Assembly (NCBI GenBank): GCA_004764695.1
Contig: SMSO01000033.1
Coordinates: 1,426,001-1,490,000, forward strand
DNA from: Schizochytrium sp. TIO01
Taxonomy: Eukaryota > Protista > Bigyra: Labyrinthulomycetes
Direction of reading: 5' to 3'
DNA: 64,000 nt
The notes under the pieces were generated by a model. That model ran no database searches and was not told the DNA's origin. It saw nothing but the letters and a program-made list of their open reading frames with translations. The translations under genes and the position numbers were made by a program. Positions 10,173 to 22,771 of this stretch are shown here, piece after piece; the first letter of the stretch is position 1; each line of letters begins with the position of its first letter.

Positions 10173-13100
10173 TTTACGTGAATATAAACCGCACGAGATA
10201 GTCTTGCAAGAATGTAGTTGTCGATTCTTTGTAGCAATGTATTGTCCTGCTTTTGTGTCTAGCAAGAGCGCTGTAATTGAAAAACACAGGCGCAATAGGA
10301 GAAACAATTAATTAGCGAAAGAGTTGTACCTAACGAGGATAAAGCTCTCGCAGCCTTCTCACGAGTCCCTCAACCTCCTAGGTGTCACCTTCTAGAACAG
10401 ATGCCTCAAGTCAGTCAAGCCTGCAGTAAAACGAAGAGGACTTTGGCAAACGAATGCCCTGGCAGGGTATTGAGATTCCGCGCCGTCTCTCTGCAAAGTA
10501 ATCGGTGAGCAAACTTAAGTAATCTGATTCTCATCCACGCTGCACACGTGGTTCTGCAAGCACTGAGCAATCGAAGCCCTCCTGATTCGAACCAGGTAGT
10601 GTAAGGGTCGTCCGGTACTGTTGTCTTGAGTTCTGGTTTTTGCGTTCTTTGCCTTGGTCGGTCGCAGTCAAACAGGGAAACAAGGCTAAGAATTCAAGTT
10701 CAAAGCCAATCTCGATTTCTTCTCTATTTGTTGAGCGAGTGAGAGAGAGCAAGACGGCGATCCACCTCCCAGTGATATGGCGAGAGAGTTGGCGAGCCGC
10801 TGAAGGAGGCTTTCAGAAATGATCTGAGGGCCCGCCAAGTCCTCAGTCGCGACGCCAGTCGCAAGCGGCTCCACTTTGCGCAGCAATCGGACGAGTGACT
10901 AATTAAACAATTGATTTGAATGACGATCGTCAAAAGAAAGCAAAAGAAAGAAAGGTTTTTCATAGATCATTTTTTTATTATTAAAATCAAAAAACAAAAT
11001 CATGAAAAGTGACAATAAAAATGAAAACGAAAAGTTAAACAAACACCTGGAAAGAAAGCCTGAGGAATAAATGGAATAAATGAAAGAAACTCAACTTGAC
11101 ACGAATAAAGTTAAACTCGCGTCCGAAGAAGAAGAGAAGAGTTGACCATGAGGGAGACCCCGTGGCACAGTCGACCTCATGTGACTGTTCGCAACGAACA
11201 TTTCTGTATGCAAAAGAGTCAGGCAAAAAATGTAAGGGCGAAAAGAATAAGGTATGAGTATCGCTACTTTGGGGGCGTCCTTTGTAAATCGGTTATATCT
11301 CTAATACTGAGTAAGTAGGAGTAGGTAGGTACAGAATGAAATTCAAAAATATAGGCCTAAAACATATTACACTTTTTTTGACCTGGTACTTTCAAGAAAG
11401 TAGAAAATGTATTTGGAGGTGCTGCACAGCATTTAGAGACGACACAAAGAGAGGAAGAAGATGACAGAGATAATATGTATGAGTCAACCGCGCAAATCTT
11501 TAGCTTCAGCTTTAGCTTTAGGAGGGCCTGAATTCTCATGATTGAACACGATGCATAGCCTCATCGGATACGAATCGAGGATCGCTGACCAAGTATCACA
11601 TTTCCTAGGTCTAGGAAATTCTCAAGGAGAATTCTTTTTATTGATTCTTTCCTTTTGTTTTTACTTATATTTTTAAAAGGTTTATTGAAATTAAAAACAG
11701 TAGTCACCATAGGATTAATTTAAAAAAAAAAAATAGAAGAAAAACTTATTGCGATACGGGAAAATAGTGCTCATAGACTATGGCAGTCGTGATTGATACT
11801 ATATGATATGTTCTAAAGAGAATACACTAAAAGAATGTTTTATTTTATATTAAGCCACGAAAGGCGACTCTTGCCCACGCTTGCGCAAGCTGTGATAAGT
11901 TGCGCTGCCCGGTAGCCCATTTGTTTCTGCTACTCTGCATTGCGTTTAGCCTTGCAATGTTCTTGGCAGCTGCTTTTGAAGAAGTCGTTTTAACAAGAGG
12001 CCGCGGTGCCTAGTTCTCTCACGTTGGGTGACTGGGTCCATATAGCAAGTGGCGACGATTGGATGGACGATGAGCGCTGCTCCGAGCGTACTGTCTGCGA
12101 CCAAATCCTTCCGCTAGATCTATTCGAGACTGTTGATGCTCGTTTGGCATATAAGCAAGAGCATCCAAATTCTCAACGACGACTGCAGGCTTCCTACCTT
12201 TCTGTCTGGCGTTGCCGCGCTCTGAGAGTGGTAGGGCTGGGAGTTCGCGTTGATTATAAATCGGGACCTGATCAGGCACGGTTTACTCTCGCGATTTCTA
12301 ACTGTTGAAATGAACACGTCTGAATGTTGTCAACATCCCTGAGTTCCCAAAGGCATAAACTTCCACGTGAGCATTATCAATGGCAGGCAGCGAGCTACTG
12401 TTTGGGGTGTGTTGAGTGGTTTCGAGGCAATAATATCAACGTTACGAAGGAGCTGCAAAGGACCTTCACTTCTCGATTCCCTTAATGATGATTTCTCACA
12501 AATTGCCAGTGCGCAGAAAAAGAGAAAGAAAAAAGAAAGAAACTTAAAAAATAAAATTAAAAATTGATTACTCAGGTTAATTGAGTAGCCTAGGGTAGTA
12601 GGTAGAAAGTAACCCACGAAAGGTAAAGAGTAATTGAATGAAATAGCCGAACGAGAGAAGGATAGAAGGGGTACAATTTCCTTACGAAAGGACTTTGTGG
12701 CTGATGTAACTACCAGGAAAAAGCATGCACATGTGATTTTTAGGCTCTGTGGAGTTTCCATGTTGTTGTTTATTTAGCAGTAGCAGCTTGCATTGCCTAA
12801 TTCTTCACCCAGTGCTTGTCTTATCCAAATGCTTCTTTCTTTTCCTTTTATTCTTCTTTAGAAAAAAAATAATTCCAAACTAAATGAAATAATAGGTTCT
12901 GTGGACTAGACAGACTTTTGAGCTCATCAATTCTGCGCTGTTCCTCCTTGGGGCTCTTTCCAGAACCAGTTTTTGAATTTTGGAGGCTACTATCATTGGC
13001 TGTCAGGGGGCGATTTAGCGAAAGTCCATCCTCACGAACGGCGATGTGTCCTATAAAGAACAAAAACAAATAACCCATGACCAATTGCGGACATTTTTAC

Positions 13101-13846
13101 TCGAAACTCCGCTAGGTCTCTGTTCTACCTGCCCAACGAGTATGTAAACGAAGCTTCTCCAAGAGCACTTTGCCCACCTGGAACTTGCGATACCCGGGCA
13201 GCAAAAAGAAAAGGATGCTCGAGTGTTGCGTTTCACCGATTGTGCAGTCGAGAGAAGGCTTAGGATCTCCTAGCCTGGCGATTGCCTGAAAAGGGCCATC
13301 TGCATTTCACCACTGCGCAGCCAGAAACTCTGCACAAGGTGACCCCCCACCTTGCACGTGGCCACCTGTGGTGTGGGAGGGCCGAGTCGCTGAAGGGGTA
13401 CCAGGCACGTTTTAATACCCTGAACATCGGGAACGGGACTTCGTATTGTGTCAACTTGGAGCCTGAGTGGACGGCTGTTCCTGCAGTGCGCCTCCACACT
13501 CCTGTTCTTCCTCACTGTTGGCTGGTAGTAGTAGCTTGGTAGCCGTAGCTGAGGAGCTCACAAGACGACTGGAGCAGCTCAAAGAAAGTCTAAAGGTGAC
13601 TGTTTTCGCCACCGTTGCAACCCGAAAGCGAATCCTGATGCTAAAAGAATTGCGAAGGGTGTTGTTGCCGGAGTCCGTTCGCTACTCAAGGTTAGCAAAC
13701 AGCATTTATTTTGATTTTTTAACTTTTCCCCCTCTATTTGTCTGTTTTTTTTCTCTCTCTCTTCTTTTTATTTTAGTAAAAGTAGTAAGAAAATGAACAG
13801 ACTGGGGAACACCTCAAGCAGTACCAGGTGTACCTCCCTCCCTATA

Positions 13847-14266
13847 ATCGAATCGAATCAATTTAAATCAAATCAAATCAAATCAAATCAAATCAAATCA
13901 AATCAAATCAAATCAAATCAAATCAAATCAAATCAAATCAAATCAAATCAAATCAAATCAAATCAAATCAAATCAAATCAAATCAAATCAAATCAAATCA
14001 AATCAAATCAAATCAAATCAAATCAAATCAAATCAAATCAAATCAAATCAAATCAAATCAAATCAAATCAAATCAAATCAAATCAAATCAAATCAAATCA
14101 AATCAAATCAAATCAAATCAAATCAAATCAAATCAAATCAAATCAAATCAAATCAAATCAAATCAAATCAAATCAAATTAAATCAAATCAAATCAAATTA
14201 AATCAAATCAACTCAACTCAACTCAACTCAACTCAACTCAACTCAACTCAAATCAAATCAAATCAA
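13847..14266. repeat. Long (AATCA)n pentanucleotide microsatellite with internal (AACTC)n block
   Basis: About 420 bp. AATCG variants at the 5' end, AATTA variants, and an AACTC block at ~14210-14250. Confidence 0.98.
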
Positions 14267-14269
14267 TAT

Positions 14270-14640
14270 ATACTCCACTTCTTTGGAGGGTCCGAGGATC
14301 CCTCCCACTCCGGTGCGCAAGACCAGAAAAGAAAGTTTGCCTTGTGGGCTCTTCACAAACATGCGAGGCCTCGACAAAACTGACTGACCACCCGGCTCTC
14401 GCTATGCTCTTCAAGTTGGCGAGGAATTCAACTCCTCAAGTGACTACTCGGACTGAGTGAGCAACGATCGCAGTGATTGCAGTGAGAAGGCCAGCTTACT
14501 TCGACGGGAGTGCGCAGCGGCCGTGATTTCTGTGGCGAACTGAGTGACCTTCTGGTCATCGCCATCTTTGTTAAAGCTTGGCTTTTGACCTACACAGAAG
14601 TTCAGCGAAGACTCGTGGCGTAGATATTGCTTAGAGATCA
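14270..14640 (+). mobile_element. Possible decayed hAT C-terminal dimerisation domain relic
   Basis: Broken frames give HPALAMLFKLARNSTPQVTTRTE* and ELSDLLVIAIFVKAWL, reminiscent of hAT 'P.LA.LAR...P.TS..ER' and 'L.D..V.A..F.K.W'. Confidence 0.3.
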
Positions 14641-14700
14641 GAATAAAGATGCGACAGCAGCAACTGCGGAATGTTTATGCCAGGGCGCAGTCTTCGGAAA

Positions 14701-14739
14701 CAGCAGGAGCAGCAGCAGGAGCAGCAGGAGCAGCAGCAG
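14701..14739. repeat. (CAGCAGGAG)n short tandem repeat
   Basis: cagcaggagcagcagcaggagcagcaggagcagcagcag. Confidence 0.85.
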
Positions 14740-17700
14740 TAGAGGTTGCCACCATTGTGTAAGTAAGTATGCAGCCTAGTGCTGGTGGCACAAGAGTTAA
14801 AAGAAAGACCTTGAAATTGAACGTCCAGGCTCCGTGAAAGGCATTTTCCAATTGTTTTAGGTACCGCAGCGACTTACTTATCTACCTGCAACCTAATACT
14901 AAGTTTTAAAATTTCTCTATTGCTGCTACTATTACTATTGATACTAGACAAATCAGTTCTCTGTATAATTTACGTTATGAAACCGCCAAAGGTTCGTGCC
15001 CTCTTGTATTCCGCTGAGTGGCAAAGACCAAAAGTCACTTCGCGAGCTCCCACGTAATCAAATGTCGTGCAAATCGTGCTGAAGTACACCGATAGACAGA
15101 AATTTAAACAAAGGTTGACGTTGTTTCCTTCACTTCTTGACTGGACTACTTTCGATAGGCTTCTTCCGGGACTTGCGTGGGCATCAAATGGAGATTTATC
15201 GTGCTCACGATTGTGGCATGCGGCAATTCAGGCAGCGTCCATTTCGTAACCCTCTCGTAACACTGCCCATCTCAAAAAACTGCCAGTCTAAAATTTAATT
15301 AGTTGCTTAGTGAGTAGGTACGTACCCTTTGTCAGTGCTACGACCATTCTGAATTTTAAATTTTAAAAATCAACTTAAAAAAATTAAAAAAATATTATAA
15401 TTAGGTAGTTATTTTAAAACAAATTAAATAATATTTTTAAGTAAATAAGAAAGAAGAAAATATTTTTACTCATCAAGTTTATTTTATTATTATTATCGAT
15501 TTTTTTAAGCACAAACTTTTAAACATATCTAAATAAGCCAACAAACAAAGAACCAACAAATCCAATTGCAACCTATATTTTTATATTGCAACCTGCATGA
15601 TCTTTGCTGAAGCATAGAATCATGAATGATCAATCTTTTCTAGTGTTATATGCTAAGGCATTTGCAAATTTTATTCGAAGTGTAAAATTTAGACACTCCT
15701 AATTCCCACCATCGCACCTAGATCTGGCCAACGCTGGAAGACTCCAACTCAGATTTTCTTTAGTAAAGATATATGTGTAATAGGGGATGTTGTCTGAGCT
15801 GTTGTACTATGAACACATGACCCAACATTGCTGGCTTTTTTAGTACCCGGTTTGAAGGATTCTACCCCGAGTTTACATTCCATCACTCGAATAACAACAC
15901 CAAAATAATCATCAAATTTATTTTTTTGGTAACGCCACCATATGAAAAAATGAATAAACTATTATCTACACCAGGAGGTACCAATTATTTTTTTAAAGAC
16001 TAGAAGATGCTTAGGTGCAAATCAATCAGACCACCGGTGTCAAAGTCTTTACGATACATTATTCAGAGAATTGGATACCTACTACTAATACATTGTCTAC
16101 GGATGTTGCAAGAGGAACCCTCAGAGCTTCTTTTTGTTTTTGAAAAGGCGTTTGTATTTCTTCTAGTTCCACATAAAATAAACATCGACTTCTAGCGTTT
16201 CATATCTTCCTCACTCTGTTGTCCAAGAGAGACTGTTTTGATTTAAAAAGTCTATGAGTTGCTTGTTTTCTTTCCGAACGATACTTAGAAGTAGAAGTTA
16301 GTTTATTGTTTGTCGACCCCCCACCCGCTTCCTTTTAAATTCCTCATAAACTACCATGTGTGAATCAAACACCATCATCCAAAGATACTTGAAAATACTA
16401 TTCTCGGGTAATACTAGAAGCTAGCAATTTGAAGACTCCCCTCGGTCACTTTTCAAACATGGACTTACATTTGGTTCTGGGTCAGAGCTCAATTATAAAT
16501 GTATATTTCACCTTCAAGGTGCTTCGATAACTGTTCAACCATCAGACTAAAGGAAATACTATTTAATGAAACAACAAGAAAAAATGTGCAGATTGGGAAT
16601 GCACACTGACTCATATCTCTACTAAGCCTAGTCCTTTTAACGTCGATTCTGAAATTGAGAAGAAGCTTACAAAGTAAAAAACTAGTTTTGATTGATTTCT
16701 TATTTGAAAAAAACTAATGAAACAGTAGTCCTTTAGTAGAGCATTCAGCATATTTGTAGTCACGGCTTAAGCGTGCAGCACCACTAAAAATGCAGTTCAG
16801 TACGGCTGGCTCTCTATTTCTATCGAACACAAAACAATAATTTGTTTTATTATAGCTAACATTAAATTTATCGACCGGTCTTATTCTTTATGTTGACCAC
16901 TCAAACATCTCCGAGTTTGCACATTTGCTCTGCCTTTACGGTTAAGAAGATCAAGAGCAACAGCAGATGATTTTTTTATTTTGACCGTCATGTTTCTAAA
17001 ACTCACGACAAGGCATGTTCCTCCTATTGCGAGAACTCAGGATGGATATTCTTTTGTGGTACTTAAATGTTCTTCAGAAGGAGAACGGTTGCACAATTAA
17101 TTAAAATAACCTACATCGAAAAGGAAATTGTCAAAAGAGAAATATTTAACAATATTCCTTACATGTATTAAATACCTTTTACATGTGCGAAGAGGAGCAT
17201 GGACGAAACGTCTGTTTTTCACTACAATGATAGGGCCTGTTTTTCCTCCACAATAGCTGAAAAAATATATATACTTGTTATCATCGTTGAAAGGAGAAGT
17301 CATGTAAGTTCTAATAATTTTACAAATACAATCTTCTTCTTTTGATATTTCTTGAATATTAAAATCATTAAAACAAAAACCTGTCGAAATCGGTCCATTT
17401 TTTTCTTTGAATTTTGATATTATGGAAATATGAAATCGAACAATGCTTGGGCATGCTAGCTAGAGAAACAAGTTGCAGGATTTGCCTATCCTACTGACTA
17501 TCTACTACGAAAAGTATGCGATATGATTTTCAACATCTTTCAATTTTCGGTTTGTAATAGAAACCAAGCTTTATATTCCTCATCGATCCCTCCTTGAGCT
17601 TTCTATTATTGATTGCAAGAGTATGTAGCAGGTTAAGTCAGAAGTAGGTTAAAGAGGTATAGATTTATATTCCAATACCACTGATGTAATGTACTATGCA

Positions 17701-20520
17701 TTGTTTCATAATTTCCTTCTATATGTACTGGATCATTCATCTGATCATCTTGAGAATTTATGTTCTAATAGCACTTTCGGTTGCATTGAAATCACCAAAT
17801 TAGAGCTCGGCGCAAACAACACCTATTTAAGTCGCGTGTATCTATATGGCGAATTAAACTAATAAAGGCCCAAAGAGTGACTCTACTTTCTTTATAAGCC
17901 AACAAGAGGACCCTCTCTCTACATCGCTTTAATTTGATAAGATGGATTACTTTTTAGAGGATCTACCTGTTGTATTTCTTTAAAGGATGTATTATGAAGT
18001 ATACCCTTCCCCCTTCCACTGTTTGACTATGCTCTTGGATCTATATGCTAGTAACCCTACACATACCCGGTTCGGAATTTGTTTTGTAAGCAGTTCAAAC
18101 GCAGTTCGACCTTTACAAACGTATGTTCTATTTGTTGTGATCTCCCATTTGGATTTTGAGGTGCCTCATCATGCGAAGAATGTTGTGGCACTGGAATGGT
18201 GTAAGAGCAGAGCAGAGCAGAGGAGAACATATGGACTTTAAGAAGGAAATTAACAGATTGTCGCTACTCTTGTTTATATATGATCATAATAAGGACAAAC
18301 TAATGTTTTTAAAGCTTTGCGTCATATAAAGTCGCTGCAATTTCTTTCGCTCTTCAACACCAATGAACAGAATCATTGGCATTTCACTGTTCGAAATCAT
18401 AAAAATCACCCCTCAAGGCTTCAAATGAACTTTAGTTTCATGCATTTGAGGGTCATGTGCTCGTTATTGTATGCTAGAGCTGAGCCCCTATACAACGTTA
18501 GGTTGCTACTTACAATTGCTCTGCACAACAGGGAAAGTGCGCAAGAGCTGGTGTGTAACTTTTCCGCTACCAGTATGGCAAATCATGTTCCTTGTGGAAC
18601 AAAGTTGAAATATAAAATCTCCTCTACGTGATCTACTATCTTCTCGAAAATGGGAGTTGCAGCAATTATCGACTGCAACAGGTGGTGGCTATTGTAGATT
18701 CGAATCTCCCTTAACTTGCATTCACAGAGCATGTTGGCCTAGTAAAATTTCTTCAATCTCTTTAGCCAATTTTTACTTTGGATGTTTCCTACATTAGAAA
18801 ATTGGAAGCAATGTATTGTGCAAAGGGCTCGAAGAGCACATTTACCAATGTCACGAGAACCATCATTATTCAAACAAGAAAGGACTTCCTTTCCTGGCCT
18901 CCTGGCCTCCCACTATCACGAGCACCAAAGTATACCGGGCCTTGCATAATGCCCAGGGGCATTGAAGAGTAAAAACACGAGTCTTAGAATCATCACGACT
19001 CGAAGTTTAACAGTGCTTTTCGGTATCCGTAGGTGAGTTGGGCTACGAATTGAAGTCTTCGAAGTTCGCTCAGTTTGTTGCAGGAAGCATGCTCAGACTG
19101 TCCTCTGTCCTCGCCTTTACAGTTTGGGCGCTGCTGCACGCGCCTTGCCCTGAGTGCAAGAGGTAGGGAACTATAACATAGATAGATATCCCACCTCCAT
19201 CATGATGACGAGGTTGCAACATCGCAAATTTTGAAGTAATCTAAACGTGACAAATAAGAAGAAGCGATGTGTTAGCGTTTTTGATATACTAGCAGCTGGG
19301 AAGACGACAGCATTCGCTCCCAAAAGATGAAGGACCAGCTGCATTCCTAGGTATTATCTATAACCATTATTTTTTTCTTCTAAATACCACGCTTTTTTTT
19401 CTCCAGGTCAGGTCATAAGTACCTAGTACCTATCTTCTTGTTGCCAAATTGCTATTACATAAGCTACAGGGTCGCTGCAGCTGGCAGAACCATGCGTGCA
19501 ATTCTTTCAACTTTGCGTGCAAGCATTCCAAAAGCTGTCGTTGAACGCAAGCCCAGTTTGAACCTATGGTGTTGCGTGGTATTGTCGTCATCATTCAAGT
19601 CGCTGCATGAAAAGTAGGTAGTAAGGAATAGATAAGGTTACTAGGACACTAGGAACTTTACACCTCCTGGTGCACCTTACAAGCACACCGACCGGGAAAA
19701 GAGGCAAAAAAGGTGTCGTTAAGTTGGAATTCATTTAGAATCACGGTCCTTTGCGTACGCATCTTCTTCAGCGGCCTCCCTCCATCATGCTCCGCGTCGA
19801 AGGCTAAGCAAGCGGTAATTTGGGAGGCTGCCTGCAGCTCGATCTCCGTACTCGGTCTGCCCAAGCGAATAGTAGGTATCCTGCTCTGGTTTCGACCAAG
19901 AGAACATGGAGACATACGTTATCGAGGTCTTGTAGAAGATTTTATATTGAAGATAGTGTTATTATATTTACAAGATCAGGATTATTAGGTCACTGGTACC
20001 TGAATTAACATCATTATATTTGAAAGCAATCAAAACCTTCTTGTTTCATTCAACAAATTGATCTTCAACTGAAAGTTAGGATGCCTTGATGCTAAAAGCT
20101 CCCTCACAGACCTGTTCTTTAACACAAACCAATATTCGCCTTTCTGACAACATTGGTTTTGGCGCCAAAATGTCAAAAAAGTATATGCCTAATCTATTTA
20201 ATTCTTCATCATCAAGATGGGCCGATTTAGTTTACTATACTCACTAGGTAACCCCTACTCACACAAGGCAAAAAAAGGGAAAAGGACTTTAGGAGCTGTG
20301 CACGTGCCAGAGTTGAAACCTTACTTCTCAAGAAAGCAGACTTCGAGAGTCTGTGAGGTTCATTCGAGGAATTTCCCAAACGCAAGCCTGTAATAGTCTA
20401 CGTTTGCCTGCAATGGCAAACAGCTACGCTTGCATCTGAACAAAGTACGACGCCGCAAGCGCCTAGCTCTGCAGCCACCTTGAACTGCTCATCGCCAATC
20501 AGCCACCTGGCGTCACCAAG

Positions 20521-22771
20521 ATGGAGCCTAATAGGGTGTGTGCTGATAAGAAGAGAAAGCCCAACACCTCTAGGAAAAAGACCTTTCACAAAGGCGACTC
20601 AAGGCAAGTACCACGGAGGAGAGACCCTGCTAGCCTTGCTATGGTGGAGGTTGCTGCGATGGATGCCACCGACCCTTACAGCTTTTCAAAATCCACTTCG
20701 CGCTACAGTAGCCACCGGCCAAACAGACTCGAGCCAATGCGTGATGCTGAAGCAGCATCTAGGAACCTCCACGGGGACTTGACACACGGAAGCGCTGGGA
20801 ACTATCATGATGATAGAGAAGACGAGTGCGACAGAGAAGACAGCTCGGGAGGTAGTGAAGACCGGCTTGAGAAAGAAGTTGTGGACAGAGATGATGCTCC
20901 GAAAGCGCCTCGCCTGGGAAGTAGGACACGAATGACAAGCAAGTGGAGACTGGTGAGATCTGCGGAATCCGAACCGGCGCATGAATTGAGCGAGCTTGAT
21001 CACTTGCGTCACTCACAGGACAGTACTCCAGTGAGAAAGTCAGATGCATTGCGTGCTGGTAAAGGAGGTAGCAACTATAGGATACCAAAGGGGTTGCGAC
21101 GAGTCCGAAGAGGGTCGCAGGACGGCGTGGCTAGTGTAGGATCATCAAGTACCCAACAAGAGGAATTTGGAGGAAAAGATATGTTACTCGACGCCCAACA
21201 ACATGCTCATGAGCGCCGCGATAGCAGCGTGAGCAGTGGATCGCTTGCAGGTTTGAGAAGTATGGTTGGAGAGTCGCGGCGACGTCTCAAACTCATGAGC
21301 TGGAAGTCCTTCTCAAATAGCAGCCGCTCATTACCGTCAGTTGAAACAGATGAAGTAGAGCGCTACCGACACGAAGAATGTGCGCTATGCAGTTTTGAGG
21401 TTCAAGACCCAACACTTGGGCCTTGTGGCCACATATTTTGCCGGCACTGCGCCTGGGACCGCATTATCGAAGGGCCAGCGAGCTGTCCTATGTGCGGGGA
21501 GCATTTGTCGTCAACAACCATGACACAAGTAGCACAGCATTGCACATTAGAACCCAACCCAGCATGTGGTATTTTTGACAGTGTTTTTGTTGAATACGGT
21601 CGCATTGGCTTTAAAAGCTTTCACTTTTCTCGTGACGCATGCTACATTGACTACAGTGCGACAGATGGACCTGAAGAATGGAAATATTTTGACGATGGTT
21701 CTCCAGCTCCATCAAAGAAACACTTTGACTCTTTCAGTTATGACGAGACTCACCGAGTCTTTCATGGTACTGTCATTTGGAGTCCCAAAACAAGATCAGG
21801 CGGGATTGCCAAGGTGAATTATGAGCTAGTGTTTGATGAGACTTTTGAACAGATTTGTGGAGGCACAGCCGTGGCCTTTAAGACTGAAGGCACGGTGCAT
21901 GGTGTTTTACACTATGGTTCCCAAGCAAGGTATCGACGGCTCAAGTCTAGTATCTATACTACGGATTCAATTTATATGTGGGATTCTACCCGACCTTTAT
22001 TAAACTCGAATTCCCAGCGCGATGGCTGGTCCCCTTACAAAGGACTTCTTCGCTTCTCACGGTGGATTGCAAAAACGACAATGGGTATTCCGAATTGGAT
22101 GTTTCAAGAGCTCATGTCAGACCGTGTCGGTCTGTATGGTGTTGGCTCGGTGCATTTTTCTCAGTCAGGCTCTTTTATCAATCTCGCCAATGTTAGAGGG
22201 CCGGGGCTACCTGCATTCATTCCCTTTCTTCGGGAATCATTCAGTGAAGCATCACGAACTTTTACTGCAGACTTTGAATTTGATCCTTACTGGTTTTCAG
22301 GTGAAACATCTGAGCAGCATCAAGCTCAAGACGAAGACCCCGAAGATAGTGTTGCTGCTGAACAACATGGTTTAGGAGCGCATGGACCTATGCAAGGGCT
22401 TGCGCAGTGCGAGCTCATTTTTGACCCTGAACTGAGCACTGTCATTGATGGTTCCATCCGGTTTTTTTCAAAAGGTCCGGGTTTCTTCTGCTTCACAAGA
22501 TGCTGACCCCAAAACGCTTGTAGATGATGCCTCTGGAAAAGTTAAATCTCGTCAGCGCTCGGGAGTCTTTGCTGCACTAATGTGTGGGGTATCTAAGAAA
22601 TCAAAGCTAGCAAGCCCTCCTATCGAGGTTGAAACGCAACAGCTTGAACTCATGCGCACAGTCAAACTTGGGACTGATATTGTTCTTCGCTTGAAAAACC
22701 CTTGGCAGACAATCACCCATCGGGTCTATCATATCCCCCAGCGTGTTATGATTGGAGATGATGATCTGTAA
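20521..22771 (+). CDS. C3HC4 RING-finger protein with two copies of an uncharacterised domain (paralog 1); +1 frameshift at T7 run 22462-22468
   Basis: RING CALC...PCGHIFCRHC...CPMC. Removing one T joins ORF 20521-22506 to ORF 22445-22771 (IRFFQKV...LRLKNPWQ), matching the paralog's HKFYQV...LRFRAMCPWQ. About 749 aa. Confidence 0.85.

Noticed and set aside
13847-14266. Possible telomeric or CRISPR array
   Set aside because: The unit is not a G-rich telomere repeat, it is internal, and there are no unique spacers.
13793-14383. 196-aa ORF of SNQIK repeats
   Set aside because: Translation of the (AATCA)n microsatellite.
18652-18710. tRNA-like TTCGAATC with GGGAG/CTCCC ends
   Set aside because: Only 59 nt and no cloverleaf with D and anticodon arms.
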